DNA of 54,390 nucleotides, counting the filler, from Sluysia triapertura (Eukaryota), in NCBI GenBank assembly GCA_046118255.1. It is 4 parts of 4 records of this genome, joined end to end, with 100 filler letters (N's around TTAATTAATTAA, not from the genome) between each part and the next. Parts side by side here need not be neighbours in the genome. Positions count along the whole stretch, not along the records: positions 1 to 18,100 come from JBJNIA010177474.1; positions 18,201 to 28,977 come from JBJNIA010193627.1; 2 more parts are not named here. One strand, written 5' to 3'. Position numbers and translations under genes: made by a program. Under the pieces are notes generated by a model that was not told the origin of the DNA, did no database searches, and worked only from the letters and a program-made list of their open reading frames with translations. The first letter of the stretch is position 1; each line of letters begins with the position of its first letter. This document shows positions 12,960-25,620 of the stretch, piece after piece.

Positions 12960-14290
12960 AATTAAAATTTTCTTTATTATATGGAAGCAGTTAATATTCA
13001 GTAAGCCTTACAATGTAAGAAAGATTTATAATTAAAGCTTTATTTCTTAATGCAGCACTGTCACAAAATGGTAGATTCTCATTTAAGTAGAGTAAGACAG
13101 TCAGTTTGGAGATGGTGAAGATGTGTTGTCTTGTTAGAAACATGATCTGATGTCAGATTAAATATTTAAGTTAGAAAATGTTCATGCCATATCAACATTA
13201 ATTAATAATTCCAAGTTATGATTGTTTAATAAATATGGAGAGACATCTTCTGTTCTCTTACGGCATCGAGTTTTTGTAAATAGAAGGCACTGGTTTTCTG
13301 TTAATGCATTTCGATAACTGTCCACAAACTTATGTTGTATTGGTGTGGATATGTACGGAAAATGATTCTTAAACCAGCCGAAACAGTAATTATAAGAAAA
13401 CATACATTCAGAAATGATTTTCGATGTTACAGAATGATACACTGAAGTTTGTTACTATTTCGAATGAATTGAAATTCATAATGGATTTTACAGAGAGTGG
13501 AAGAATCTCGTTTATTCAATTTGAGTATTGTATGTTCTTTCATCCTATTTTTAATTTGATTAAAGTCATTTTATATCTGTTGAGGTTTTCTTAAATTATT
13601 TGCGAAGTGCTTGGTTATGGTTCATTTATCGCATTTTTCTTCGAACATATTGAATAGAAGATTAAGATCATATTTCAAAGCTATTAATTTATATTTTATG
13701 CTTTAATTTCTGGCGTTCTGTTTGGTCGTTGAGAGATTGATTTTTTTAAAAAATTAGCAATGTTGGACCTATATACTTTGCTTAAATTTTGTATTTCTAG
13801 GCCATGTTTTTGAGCTTATTTCGCTTTTTAAACTGTGATACTACTCCGGAAGTTATACCATTTGTACCAAATAATTTTTTTTATCAAAGTTTCTGATGAT
13901 AAAAATTCTCTGCCTCATTTTTATAGCCTGTTTGACGTTTATCAAACATGTATCTTTCCTTATTTTTCTGTTGATGCTTACAAGATTCTGTGGTGCGCGT
14001 GGAAAGAGTGGACGCTTGCAACTTATGGCCGAGATGCACAAGCTTATGGGTTATGAAGAGAACACTGTTTCTTCCATGTGGGCGCTAGACCGATTGAATC
14101 TAATTGGAAATATAATTGCCTTTTCTGTAACCTAACGAACTACTCGGAAGATTAATATCGTTAATCATTGAGTAGATCTTAGGACCATTCATTTGTTACA
14201 TACAACTATGAGAATGTCTTTAGTGTTGCATAAACAATGATGACGATTAAGCTTACATGAGATCTTTTGGTGTTGCACGTTTTGAATATA
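12960..14290 (-). mobile_element. Heavily decayed RTE-like LINE (endonuclease end to RT start)
   Basis: QLDSIGLAPTWKK (cf. QLDYILI..KWKNS), upstream MNG..IY.MINDINL, and downstream NENLPFCDS (cf. KGDL..C.NYR), in the expected order. Confidence 0.4.
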
Positions 14291-15575
14291 AATGGTAACT
14301 TTTTATTTAAAGAGCAATTTTGAATTAAAAATTTTTGAACTTATTAAAACATCGGAGTGAATTAATTTTGTATTTTATATATATTATTTCAATTATCTTA
14401 TGGTTCAGGAAATGATCCCCCAGCTCAAAATATAATAAAAATAAAAGGTAAAACTAATAACTTTGTTCACGAAATATAAAAATTATAACTTCCTGGACTA
14501 TCTTTCATTTGGTGGAATTTGGGTTCTTTATAGTCTATTTAGATGCCAATGTATATTTAAAACATTTAATAAATATACACACAACTTTTGTAACTAAAAC
14601 TCGATACATAATTCCACTTCCTTAGAAAAATTGGACATTAAATAAAAAATTATAACGATAAGAATGATGGTGATCGCTGTTAACACTGTCATTACAATTA
14701 AATTGATATTATGATTTACTTTCCAAATGCAGACATTTAAGGTAGAAAACAGAAGGATGAGGTTATTCTTCCTCGACAGTGACTGGGACAGTGTCGAAAG
14801 AGATTGTTTCTTGTAATTCACAAAGTAAATTTGATAACTCTGAAGATGTTTTGAAGATGTAGTTGTCGAATAAGTACATTTATAAAAGGAATTATTTTAT
14901 CTTCTAAGATTTTACAACCATCAATTATTATAAGTAGTACCACTTTTCATTCACACTAACTATTCAGTGCGTGAACAAATGGTGCTATTCGCAATTATCC
15001 GCTACTTATTTAATGTTTGTTTAAATTATAATTTATTTAACTTGCATCATTATTTATAATTCATTTTGTACTCATTTTAAAGGTAGACTTCATACAGCAT
15101 TTAATCGAAAAAATATTTATAAATCCGATAATGCATCATATAATATTAATTATTATAATTATAATTATAATTATAATAGTAATAAAACAACAAACAGCTC
15201 AAAATAGAAGATGGATGATTTTCTCATTTCAAATCGTGTAGAATGTGTATCAATGGAGAATTGAAGAATAAACACGAAATAAATTGCCATTCTGATAATG
15301 TAAGATCGAAAATCGATACTATAGAAGGAAATGTAAACTAATAATTTCATGACACTACAAGTTCTACATACGGATGACTGTTGAATTGCGAAGTCAACCA
15401 TTTAATGAAATGAGTTATATTTGTACTGAGTGTGTTTCAAGTACTTAATTTTAGTTGCTTTTATGATCGGAAAGACCTACTTTGTCCATGATCCATCATA
15501 GTCATTAAAGTGGCATTCTTATCGAGTATTTATGTATTCTCTTATACGAAATAATGCTTTCATTCACACTTTTAG

Positions 15576-16149
15576 ATTCAGGGGATTGTAAGAAGATCTG
15601 TTTAATCATGGACGAAATCGATGGCATGGCGGGAAACGAAGACCGTGGAGGAATGGCTCAGTTTATTCAATGTTTGAAATGTGCACAGAATCCAATAATT
15701 TGTATTTGTAATGATCGACAAAGTCCAAAAATTAGATCTCTTCTTAACCACGTTTATGATCTTCCGTTTCGAAAATTGACATCACTTCAAGTGAAAGCAG
15801 CTTTAAAATCAATATTGGAAAAGGAAAAACTGTCTCACTTGTTCAACGATCATCAGCTTGATCAATTAATTTTGTCAACCAATTGTGATTTAAGACAAGT
15901 TTTGAACCAGATTCAATTGGCTGTTGCTGCTGCTAATTCGACTAATCACGATGCAGTCATGTCTGAGTCTGACGTATCTGGTGCCAGTAAAGATTTAAAA
16001 TTAAAAATATTCGATGTTTGTGCCCGGGTTTTCTCACACGAAGGCCTGAAGACATTTACTGACAAAATAGAGTTATTCTTCCACGATTACCAACTGTCAG
16101 GATTGTTCGTGCAGGAGAACTACTTGTCAGTTCGGCCGAATAAGGCCAA
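15576..16149 (+). CDS. RFC1: Replication factor C subunit 1, internal exon (Walker B to lid/collar)
   Basis: ttttAG|...|GTAAGA; LIMDEIDGMAGNEDRGG, PIICICNDRQSPKIRSL, DLRQVLN, KIELFFHDY, LFVQENYL are RFC1 signatures; no stops in 574 nt. Confidence 0.96.
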
Positions 16150-16154
16150 GTAAG

Positions 16155-16217
<63 letters not shown>
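16155..16217. repeat. (ATT)21 microsatellite
   Basis: Perfect trinucleotide run starting at intron position +6 after the RFC1 exon. Confidence 0.97.
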
Positions 16218-16219
<2 letters not shown>

Positions 16220-16289
16220 AATTGTTTTTCTGCTATCAGCACTTTTTATTCTACTTAACTTCCGATCGCGCTGAAGTTAACGAAATACG

Positions 16290-17420
16290 CATTATCTCTT
16301 CAACTCATGTTGTTCTGGTGGAACTTAATCAATAGATGTGTTGGTTATTGTTTGATATTCAAATGACATTACATATAAAATTTCATCATAAATGATTGAA
16401 AGACTAACTGATTTCGAATGGTGAAGTTTGAAGTAGCACTATTTTATTAGATTGATAGAAATCTTTTCTTTTACCAGCTGGAAAAACTCCTTCAAATATC
16501 TCTGCCGTTGAAAGTAAGAGTTATTAGTCATTTAAAGACGTTCAATAGCTTATCATCAAATAATTCTAAGAAAAAATCATTTGACTCGGTAGAAGTTTCA
16601 AGCACTTCATCTTTGTTTGGTAGCATATCTGTTAAATAATCAGTAGAATGCAACTGTGTCCATTCAGTGGTGCTTTTCATTCACTATTTTGACTTTATTC
16701 GATTTCTTCATTGACATAAACAGAGTAGCAGATGTGTTTTCAGATGTTAATAACTCACGGAATTACATTTGTAACATCAAATTATGCAGAAAGCAATAAA
16801 GCATTTAAAAAGGTAAAAGGTCACATGTAAATCGCTTCAGTTCTTCGTAACACATCGTACATTCCGCACTCGACATCTAGTAAATTCTTGTGAAACTTGA
16901 TGAGAAAAACTTTCCACATCAAATTGTTCACAAAATCACAACATAAACATTTTGGATCCATACCTCAATAGCACTTTTAAAATCACGAATTTTTTCATTT
17001 TTACGAATTACGTAATAAACCTAACATAACTTTCACCTGGTGAATGTTCACAAAAATCTTGGTTTACGGAATGCACATTTTCAATATCCAAGATAGTAAC
17101 ATTTCTTTTTTCAAACATCACAGAAATAATTCATACTATATGCTTTATCTTTTCGTGATCACTTGGTGCATGCCTTGAACAATCTTTACATAATGATTTA
17201 AGTCTTTGATAATCACTTGTAACACCATATATAAATTTACTCTGTGCGATAAGATCCGTCCTTTACTTCATCACTAATAGCACAGCATGAATAATCGTTC
17301 ATATCTAATCTGGCTATGATAAGGTTGTCATTATGAACTGAAGTATCTTATCTTAAGCTAACATTACACAATACATCATTAAAATTTAAACTGATGCTGA
17401 CACCTTTGAAATTACAATAT
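16290..17420 (-). mobile_element. Heavily decayed L2/CR1-type LINE ORF2 remnant
   Basis: RHAPS...RNVTILDIENVH (cf. YRPPS..NVIILGDFNIH), IFEGVFPAG (cf. SEGVFP..WK), SSTRTT (cf. HSTETA) in order. Confidence 0.4.
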
Positions 17421-18100
17421 ATTAATAAACATCACAAACAATCCTTTAAACGATTCTCATCTAATATAGGTATGATAAGAGTATCACTATGAAGCGAACT
17501 ATCTTTTCTCGAGCTAACGTTACTTAATACATCATTTCGTAATGTCTCTATCAGTGTATCGCGTTGTTGTATCTAATTTATCATTATTTTTGAAGACCAT
17601 TACAAAATTTGAAATGATTTGGATTCTTGCCTTCACCCTTCATGCTTATTTGCTGGTTTCTAGCTTCTATCTTGTTATTTAAAGATGTTTCTGAGTTCTT
17701 TTAAATGCTTATGGAGATACATGTAAAGCTTGTTAGCCGTTCGTAAGATGCAAAGTGAATATTCGTGGCTATTCAGATTTTTTAGTTTTTATAATGTAAG
17801 TGCAATACAATGTTGTGTAAGTGTATTAGAAATGATTTTAAATCATTTTCAATAATATTTGTATATTTACATCTACTTTAACTTGTGTAGTGTTCTTGTC
17901 GAATTAAGTATGGAACACTCTATTTTTCTTATTTTTATTTTATTACCTTTTGAATGTATTCGTAAAATGTTTATTTCCCATTTCGAATTTCTGTTTTTTT
18001 CAAGTCTCAACAATTTATTGAAAATTGCTTCATTTTATGAAAATTCTATTAAATGTTTACATTGATGCTTTAGATCGTATTACTAGAATTTATATATTGT

Positions 18101-18200
18101 NNNNNNNNNNNNNNNNNNNNNNNNNNNNNNNNNNNNNNNNNNNNTTAATTAATTAANNNNNNNNNNNNNNNNNNNNNNNNNNNNNNNNNNNNNNNNNNNN
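18101..18200. other. Artificial assembly spacer N44-TTAATTAATTAA-N44
   Basis: Exactly 100 nt; the central 12-mer gives stops in all six frames; identical to the spacers at 28978 and 41319. Confidence 0.93.
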
Positions 18201-18276
18201 GTAATTTTTAACGAAACTTACTTTTATAACCTTCACATTTTTATTCCAGTGCTTTAAATTTTCATCAGTCGGAAAA

Positions 18277-18481
18277 ATGCAGATTTTAATTTTTCACATA
18301 TTTATTTTTTACTGTTTTATTTTATTGGTTTTTGGTGAACTATATTATAATTTATTAGGAGTTTCAAAAAATGCAGATACAAAAACAATTAAAAGAGCTT
18401 ATAGAAAATTGGCTATAAAATATCATCCGGATAAAAATAAGGAAAAAGATGCTTCTGAAAAGTTTTTGGCTATAACTAAAG
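18277..18481 (+). CDS. DNAJB9: DnaJ homolog subfamily B member 9 (ERdj4), exon 1: signal peptide and J-domain
   Basis: Hydrophobic leader, then [11 protein letters not shown]...[18 protein letters not shown] with HPD; donor AAA G|GTTATT, phase 1. Confidence 0.92.
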
Positions 18482-21204
18482 GTTATTTTTTATTTAAAAT
18501 CGAGTCATTAATTGTTGAAATTAAAATATAAAAATTTAGCCTAAGAACAAATAGAGGAAATTAATACACTGGGAATGCTTTTAACACTAAAGCGGCTGAG
18601 CGTCAATCGATTTGTAAATTGTCATTAAAGAAAGTTTTAAACAATGTTTTAATGTTATAAAGTTTGTTAGCAAACAAATGTATTAAAAATCAAATTTTAT
18701 TTTGATTTATAAATCTTTGGATTTATACTTAAATCAGAAAGTTAACTGAGGCTTTTCATTGTGTTTAAAATAAATCACTCGCAACATGAGCATTTAAGTT
18801 TTATAAAAATGTTCAAAGACAAATTTTAATGAATGTTACTAAAATTATTTTAAAATGTATTGTTTAAAGTAAGGTGTTTCAAATTTTAGTGTTCCAGTAT
18901 TATTGACATTTAAATTACATTTATAACACTTGTACACATTGAGTTATTGATTTATAAAATACTGGTCCAACATATTACATTTTGTTTAATTGAATTATAT
19001 TTTAGTTATACTAGTATGCAAATAAAAAAGTAAATTACATTGTTTGTTTTTCAAATCTGAATGGTAAAATTACAAGGTGGTCACTATGTTAAAAAGTACT
19101 TTGTCTAAATTGGCGACCATATAAAACTCTGTTTTATTTTAGTGTGAATCATTTCTGATATTGTTTTCAAGTGAAATGCATTAAAAGAATAAAAATAACT
19201 TCAATTTTTTTAAATTGTAAACTTTATTATAATTAAGTATCCTGTGAAAATTCTGCTATTATTATTAGTATATTTCTATGCATAGTGGCAATCGCATTTT
19301 TATCAACATTTATTTTCGTGCTATTAAGTTATTTGTTTGCTTATTTGTGCTTGAAAATGAAAAATTTTCTCAATGAAACATTGACTTAAACAATCAAATA
19401 TGTTCATCCATATTTGTGAATTGTATGTTGTGTATGTTAGTAATTATATGAAATAATACCAGTTGGGTCGTGTTTGAATTAAATGTAGTCAAGGTGCAAA
19501 TTCGATGTTATTCCTAAGAAATCAAACTCGATGTTGTGTAAAGATGTCCTTAGTTGGCAGTACGAATAAAAAATAATTTATTAAACTTTTACAGCCACAT
19601 TAAAAAACATTTTAATGGTGTGATATCACATAATAAAGTTTATCTCAAAACATAAAAAGAATGGTTTAAAAGTACAGCAAATGAACATAAAAATAAAAAA
19701 GAAGCGATTAACAATTCTATTAGAACAATCAATAAAAAGTTACTTATTGTAAATTATTCGACAGTTAAATGTCCAGTGAAAATTTCACTAATTTTATTTA
19801 ATTGTTGTGTGAATATTGCTCATAATTTCGAATACAATACATTCCGCAATATTTATTAATAAAATAATTTTGAAGAATTTAATATGCAAATATCGTTACA
19901 AATTAATAGTTAAGTTGGCTTATTCTCAGAATATTAAATATATTTTTAGTAGTAATTTAAAAAATTACTCATAACATTGTTTAACAAAAATTTAAACAAT
20001 TAGTTATTAGTTCAAATAATATCTATAAAATATTTGGTATTTTAATTCTGTTTTGTCAAATTCCATTGTATTTTATATTAATTTATTAAAAAAATTAATG
20101 TTGAGTGTTTGATTTTGTGATGATTGATTGTTGAAATTAAGTTTGTTAGTAAGAGATGTTATTTGAAAGAAAATATATACGTGTTTATATTATATTCAAT
20201 TTAATATTGAGTTTATATAAAATTCTAAATTCTTGGTTAGGTTGACAACTAATATATAAAATTTTACATCGCATATTTGAGCCACAAATTTCAGCTTGAT
20301 TTATTGAGCAAAATTTTATACAATTGCCTACTTCAAGTTATGAGTCAGCGGTGAAATTTTAACCGCAGTAATTTGTATATTAAAAGTCAACCAAAAAAAT
20401 CAATTCACATAATTGAAACAAAGTTTTCAAATCGTACGAATATAGATACAATTGGAAGCAAATTATATTTTCCTAATTTCAGTGAAAATAAAAAATGTAC
20501 GATCATTAATTTTCATGTGCACAGTCGGATACATATCTTAGAAACAGTCTAGTTTTTGTACATTTTTAATTATCAAAGAACATATTTGTATTCTACGTAA
20601 ACTTTCAAAACTTTAAGATAATTTTTAAACTTTTGGAACTTTTAAGAAAATCAAATAACTATTAAAGACTATCAAAACATGTTTAACTGCGATATTAACT
20701 AAGATCGCCTTCAGAACTTTATGTATTAAAATGCTTTTGAATAAAAACTAATAATAATGACGACTGTAATAATAATGAACCACTACAGATAAAGTGAAAA
20801 AGGAAACGAAATAGTGAAGATGTAAATGCCTAAATCTTCTCGAGTGGCTTTTGGAAAATATTTAAAACAATCTAAAAATTTATTATATTCTTAACTTAAG
20901 AAAAATTAGTTTCTTAAAAATAGATTAGTTACTGAAATATTGAAATTGTCGAATACTTAAACATTTCCCTAAAAATCTGATTCGACTGACTTCATGCAAT
21001 AAAATTTTTAATATCAATTCATAAAAGTGAAAAAATTTATTTATAAAATTGCTATTTTTAAACTTATTAGAATTTGACTTAATGTTTCTTTTTATTTTAA
21101 TGTTTTAAAATGTAGGTTTCACATACGCAATATTAATAGAATGAATACAATTAATTTTTTTATAAAATTCTCTTGCATCATTTAATCAATTTTTCATGTG
21201 TTAA

Positions 21205-21428
21205 CCCTTTGCGGTCTTATTTTATTCCCATTGAATACTCTACAGGTCCTATTTAATTCCAGCTAAAACACAAAATTTTCAAAATTAAACGCCTGACTCA
21301 AAAAAACATACTCAAATCGAATTCAAAGTATTTATTTATTAATTTAATTACGTTTATGCTATATTTATGTACGTGTATAACGTGAAACTTGCAATGTCGG
21401 GGCTGCTTCGAAGGTGGACCGCAAAGGG
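21205..21428. mobile_element. piggyBac-type MITE, 224 bp
   Basis: TTAA on both sides; perfect 12-bp TIR CCCTTTGCGGTC / GACCGCAAAGGG. Confidence 0.88.
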
Positions 21429-22341
21429 TTAAAGTCAGTAAGAAATATTTAATTTTTAATTTAATAAAAATTAATTTTAAAGGAATTAATCAAAAAATTA
21501 TACTTATAAAATTTCGGTTAGTCGTGGTTTAATGTGATTTAAATTATTTAGAGATTTTAGTTTATAATTAATTGATTCATTAATTTTATTAGCCTTTAGA
21601 ACAATTAAATATTTAACAATTTCGTAATCTGTAATATTTTTAAAAAACTTAAATTTACATTATATTGGAAACTAAAATAAAACAATTCTCAACAAATTTT
21701 ATTATAACATTTAAATATTTTCATTTTAAGTTTGAGATTTGTTTCCTTTCGATACACTCCTGAGCATGTTTCGATTTGTTTATTCCAAAGGTTCTAAAAA
21801 AATATAAAAGGATAAACTTGAAAGTTAATAATTCTGGTTACATTAACAAAATTAATTACTTTCGACTTAATTGTAATGTTTCCAATTGTACTTCCGAGGT
21901 TATTGACGTATTCGATTGATCGTGAAGAATTCATGGATTCGATCAGAGTTTGTAGTAAAGAAACTGTATCGTGGTGATAAGGGTTGTTGTTTAAGTACAG
22001 TTGGTAATATCTTGTTGAATTTGAAAACAGTTAGTAATGTGTTGATTAGTGGAATCACGCATCGTATAAATTGGTTTGCATACTAATTAAACTTTGTTTG
22101 AAATCTTTAATCATAACATGCGGTTGTGGTATGAACTTATGATTTACTTCATTTCTTGTTCTTAGATCATTACCTTTTGTTTTCAGGTTTTCAATAAACA
22201 CTTGCAGTAACATAATAACATCATTGATCAAGTACTTGATTCTTTTTTATGTTCGGTATACTCACTTTGTATTTTGTTCAGTTTTAACATACTTGGAATT
22301 TTTCTTAATACATTGACTAATTGTCTCTATCTCCATATCTA

Positions 22342-22983
22342 CTAATGATTGACAAAACCTGATAGTTTTACTTTGTGGTATTGGTGTATCCGATTAATTT
22401 CATGTCTAATATCATCATTTTCGTTACTTATGCAGATAATAAATTGCTTTAATTGCAGACGCCCGTCTACGATTACATTAACTTTAGTTTCGAAACTGTC
22501 TAACTCACCTGATACTTTCTTATTTTCGTACATAAATTTCTTACTTTTTATCTTTGACTTCAAATTTTTGGTTTTCTTGTCAACTATTATTTTTAAGATT
22601 TTGCATTCTTGACCTTCGTTGAAATTACTGTCGATTAGGATTAAATCAGCTTGATTTTGAACTGCACTTATTGAACGATTGTGTGCTTTAATGGTTTCAG
22701 CTTCAATAGAAAGAGAAAACGTTACTTTATTTTCTTCATTACAAGTTACTTCCTTTTGAACATTTAATTCCGTCATTTTATATTTTAAATCAACAAACTC
22801 TTTTTTGATCATCGTAAGTTTATTAGAACTCTTTACATTGACATAATTTAGTTCACGATTGTAGCGTTGGCCAAATTTTTCGATATTACTCTCGATACTT
22901 TTCAAAGTTTCATTATGTAGTTCATTGTTACTATTTGTATCAGCTGAACTTTCGTCACTGGAAGACATTTTATTAGCATCCAT
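22342..22983 (-). CDS. Intronless 213-aa coiled-coil-like ORF antisense in DNAJB9 intron 1 (retroelement ORF1-like or decayed gene)
   Basis: Longest ORF in the window; ATG start; K/E/N-rich heptad-like composition; coding-like frame continues with scattered stops to ~21730; no recognisable domain. Confidence 0.4.
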   Translation of the reverse strand: MDANKMSSSDESSADTNSNNELHNETLKSIESNIEKFGQRYNRELNYVNVKSSNKLTMIKKEFVDLKYKMTELNVQKEVTCNEENKVTFSLSIEAETIKAHNRSISAVQNQADLILIDSNFNEGQECKILKIIVDKKTKNLKSKIKSKKFMYENKKVSGELDSFETKVNVIVDGRLQLKQFIICISNENDDIRHEINRIHQYHKVKLSGFVNH

Positions 22984-23128
22984 TTTAATTTATTCGTCAA
23001 TTTTTGTTGAATTTTAATCGTGATACACAGTTATTTTATAAGTTATTTAAAAGAAATGAAATTGTGATTAGTTAAAAGTGTGTACCTTTTCTGTACACAA
23101 AAAATAAACGATGAAAAATTGTGTGGTC

Positions 23129-23138
23129 CTGATTGGCT
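23129..23138 (-). promoter_or_regulatory. CCAAT box candidate
   Basis: AGCCAATCAG on the minus strand (NF-Y consensus), ~150 nt upstream of the ATG at 22983. Confidence 0.3.
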
Positions 23139-24330
23139 CTTCAACCAGAGGTATAATAACAATGCTATTATTGTTATAAATACATAAATCTTGAAAAATG
23201 TTTTAATAAACACTATCTTCCTTTATTTCTTGTTAATTATAGTTCTAATGTTGTGAGACTATAGTTAAAATGAAATTTAAATGTGTATTAGTGATTTTGA
23301 ATGTTGATGTAATTATAGTTATAGGTGAAATGTTTTCAACGAATTCTTGATTGTCGGTAGTTCATTTGGTAGTGAATGTGTTTTTAATATTACGAAGTGT
23401 TCTCGATTATTTTGAAGGTGTAGTTGTAATTCTAATATTATAAGATAATGCGTCAGTGTTTTTCAAATGAATTTTTAAATGGTATTTACTAGTTTTAACT
23501 GAAGATAAGTTTAGGTGTTGAAAGCTTATGACTTAAATGTTTTGAAATAAATGAGTGTTTTATGTGAATTTCTAAATATACATTACTGTTTTAAATGAAA
23601 GTAATGTTTGGATGTTAAAAGATTGTGATTTGCAAATACATTGAAAAGAGAGTAGTTTCATGGATGTGAAGAAGTTAAATTATAGCCTATGTTTTGGTAT
23701 ATTCTAAAAGATGATCGTATAATGTTTAAAAAATATGATTTTGGCTATGTTGGTATTGAACTATGTATGAAAATGTTTGATGAATTTTTTGAATGTGAAT
23801 TGTAGCTTTTGAGGGTGAATGTGATTTTGCTGTATTAAAAGGAAAAATTTTAATAAAATTTATTAAAAGTGATAGGTTGGCCACCACAGGAAAATTAATT
23901 ACTCCTTAAATAATTCTAAATTGAAACAATTCTTTAATAATACAGTTACAAACAATATCTGGCAGAAAATTGATGTTTTAGAATAAAATAAATAAAAAAT
24001 AAATTGTTTAAATTGATCTGCGAAAATGTAATTTAGACATTGTTTCACTAAAATTGTCTTTATTTTTAATACATAGTACTATTTTATTAATCAATAAATA
24101 ATAAAATAATCAGTAAAAAATTTAGAGTAAAAGCTAATTCTGAAAATAAATAGTTTTAGTTGTGACTTGCATAACCTAAGTTATAACTTAATTATAATAT
24201 TAGAATGTACCTTAAATTTTGTCTATGAAATTTTTAAGCAGTTTAATTGTGTACCATTATTTAGTACAAATAATATTGATGAAGTTTCACTGTTGTAAAT
24301 AAAATATTCATTTTTTATTAGCCCATTTAA

Positions 24331-24539
24331 ACTTTCGCCTACCAAAATGTATGTATGCATTTCGTACCATGTGAGTCCATTGCATTCATAAAGTATCAAA
24401 AATTTAATTGTTTCATTAAACAGAATCGTTTAATCCTTTAATCACTAAATCAATACCTCTATTTTCATGCAACATATTACTAGTAAATAACCAGTGAAAT
24501 TTCAGTTTGGTTCATTAGACCCGTATGGTAGGTGGAAGG
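24331..24539. mobile_element. piggyBac-type MITE, 209 bp (older)
   Basis: TTAA flanks; left TIR ACTTTCGCCTACCA vs reverse complement of right end CCTTCCACCTACCA (11/14). Confidence 0.65.
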
Positions 24540-25284
24540 TTAATAAAATAATATTAGTACATTTTAATTTTCAAATAATTTTTCACATAATCGAAACATT
24601 TCATTCAATCAGTTAGAATGAATATAATTCACGTTCAGGAGTTGCTTTCATCTAAACAAATAAAATAAAATTTTTTATGAATTTTACGTATCTTCATATT
24701 TATTAAGTGAATTATATATTTACGAGTTTTAAGTGCCAATTAATTGCTTTCAGAAACTTTTGACGAAAGCTTTCAATATGATTCTTCAATAACATTTTCT
24801 AAAAAATATTCGAATGTGATTACATATCTTTCAAATAGGTTTTTCAATAAAAATATTTAAATTATTAAAATAATATTAATTTAATAGATTTTTATCCATG
24901 TAAATTTTGTAAACTTTAAGAATGTCATTACCACTCGACTTCTGAGTAAGCTCAAAATGAAAATTCGCAAATAGAGTAAATAGTTGACTACGATTATAAT
25001 GTTCCTACAATGTATATGCCATATTCCACATGGGATTAAATAAAATAACCACAAGCACAATTATTTAAATATCCAACACTGGATGAAGTAGTTTTTTTAA
25101 TGTTATTTAAAAATTTTAAATTTGATCTTTGTATCATTGTTATTAATAATTCTGGTTAAAGCTGCTATAAAACCAATATTGTCAATAATATTTCACAATA
25201 ATTTCAATTATAAATAAATGAATAACTCAGTAATTAAATGAAGTAAATTTAATAATTAACATCCCATATAATTGTTATATTCAG

Positions 25285-25620
25285 CATATGAAGTATTGAG
25301 TGATCCACAAAAAAGAAAAAAGTATGATCTTTATGGTGAATCTGCTTTCAGTCAAGATGGTGATGATAGTTATAGTCATGGTCATTTTAACATGCATGAC
25401 TTCTTTAAAGATTTCGATTTTTTCCAGCAACATCATTCTGATAATGATTTTCATGGTAACAGTGGTGGCTTCTTTCGCAACCTATTCGATGATGATGGCG
25501 ATGAGGGTGGACATCACTTTGGTAACTTTGGATCATTCTTTGGACAAGAACATGAAAATGATTTTGGTGATGGACATATAAGATTTACTACTGAAGAAGC
25601 GAGTTATTTTAGTAGTGGAG
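25285..25620 (+). CDS. DNAJB9: DNAJB9 exon 2: end of J-domain and G/F-rich region
   Basis: tattcAG|CA TAT GAA continues as AYEVLSDPQKRKKYD, then a Gly/Phe/His/Asp-rich region; phase 1-1; donor G|GTTTGG. Confidence 0.92.

Noticed and set aside
22349-22612. 87-aa plus-strand ORF
   Set aside because: Antisense shadow of the 213-aa ORF.
25300-25581. Hydrophobic Met-rich 93-aa ORF
   Set aside because: Alternative frame of DNAJB9 exon 2, produced by GAT/CAT/GGT codons.
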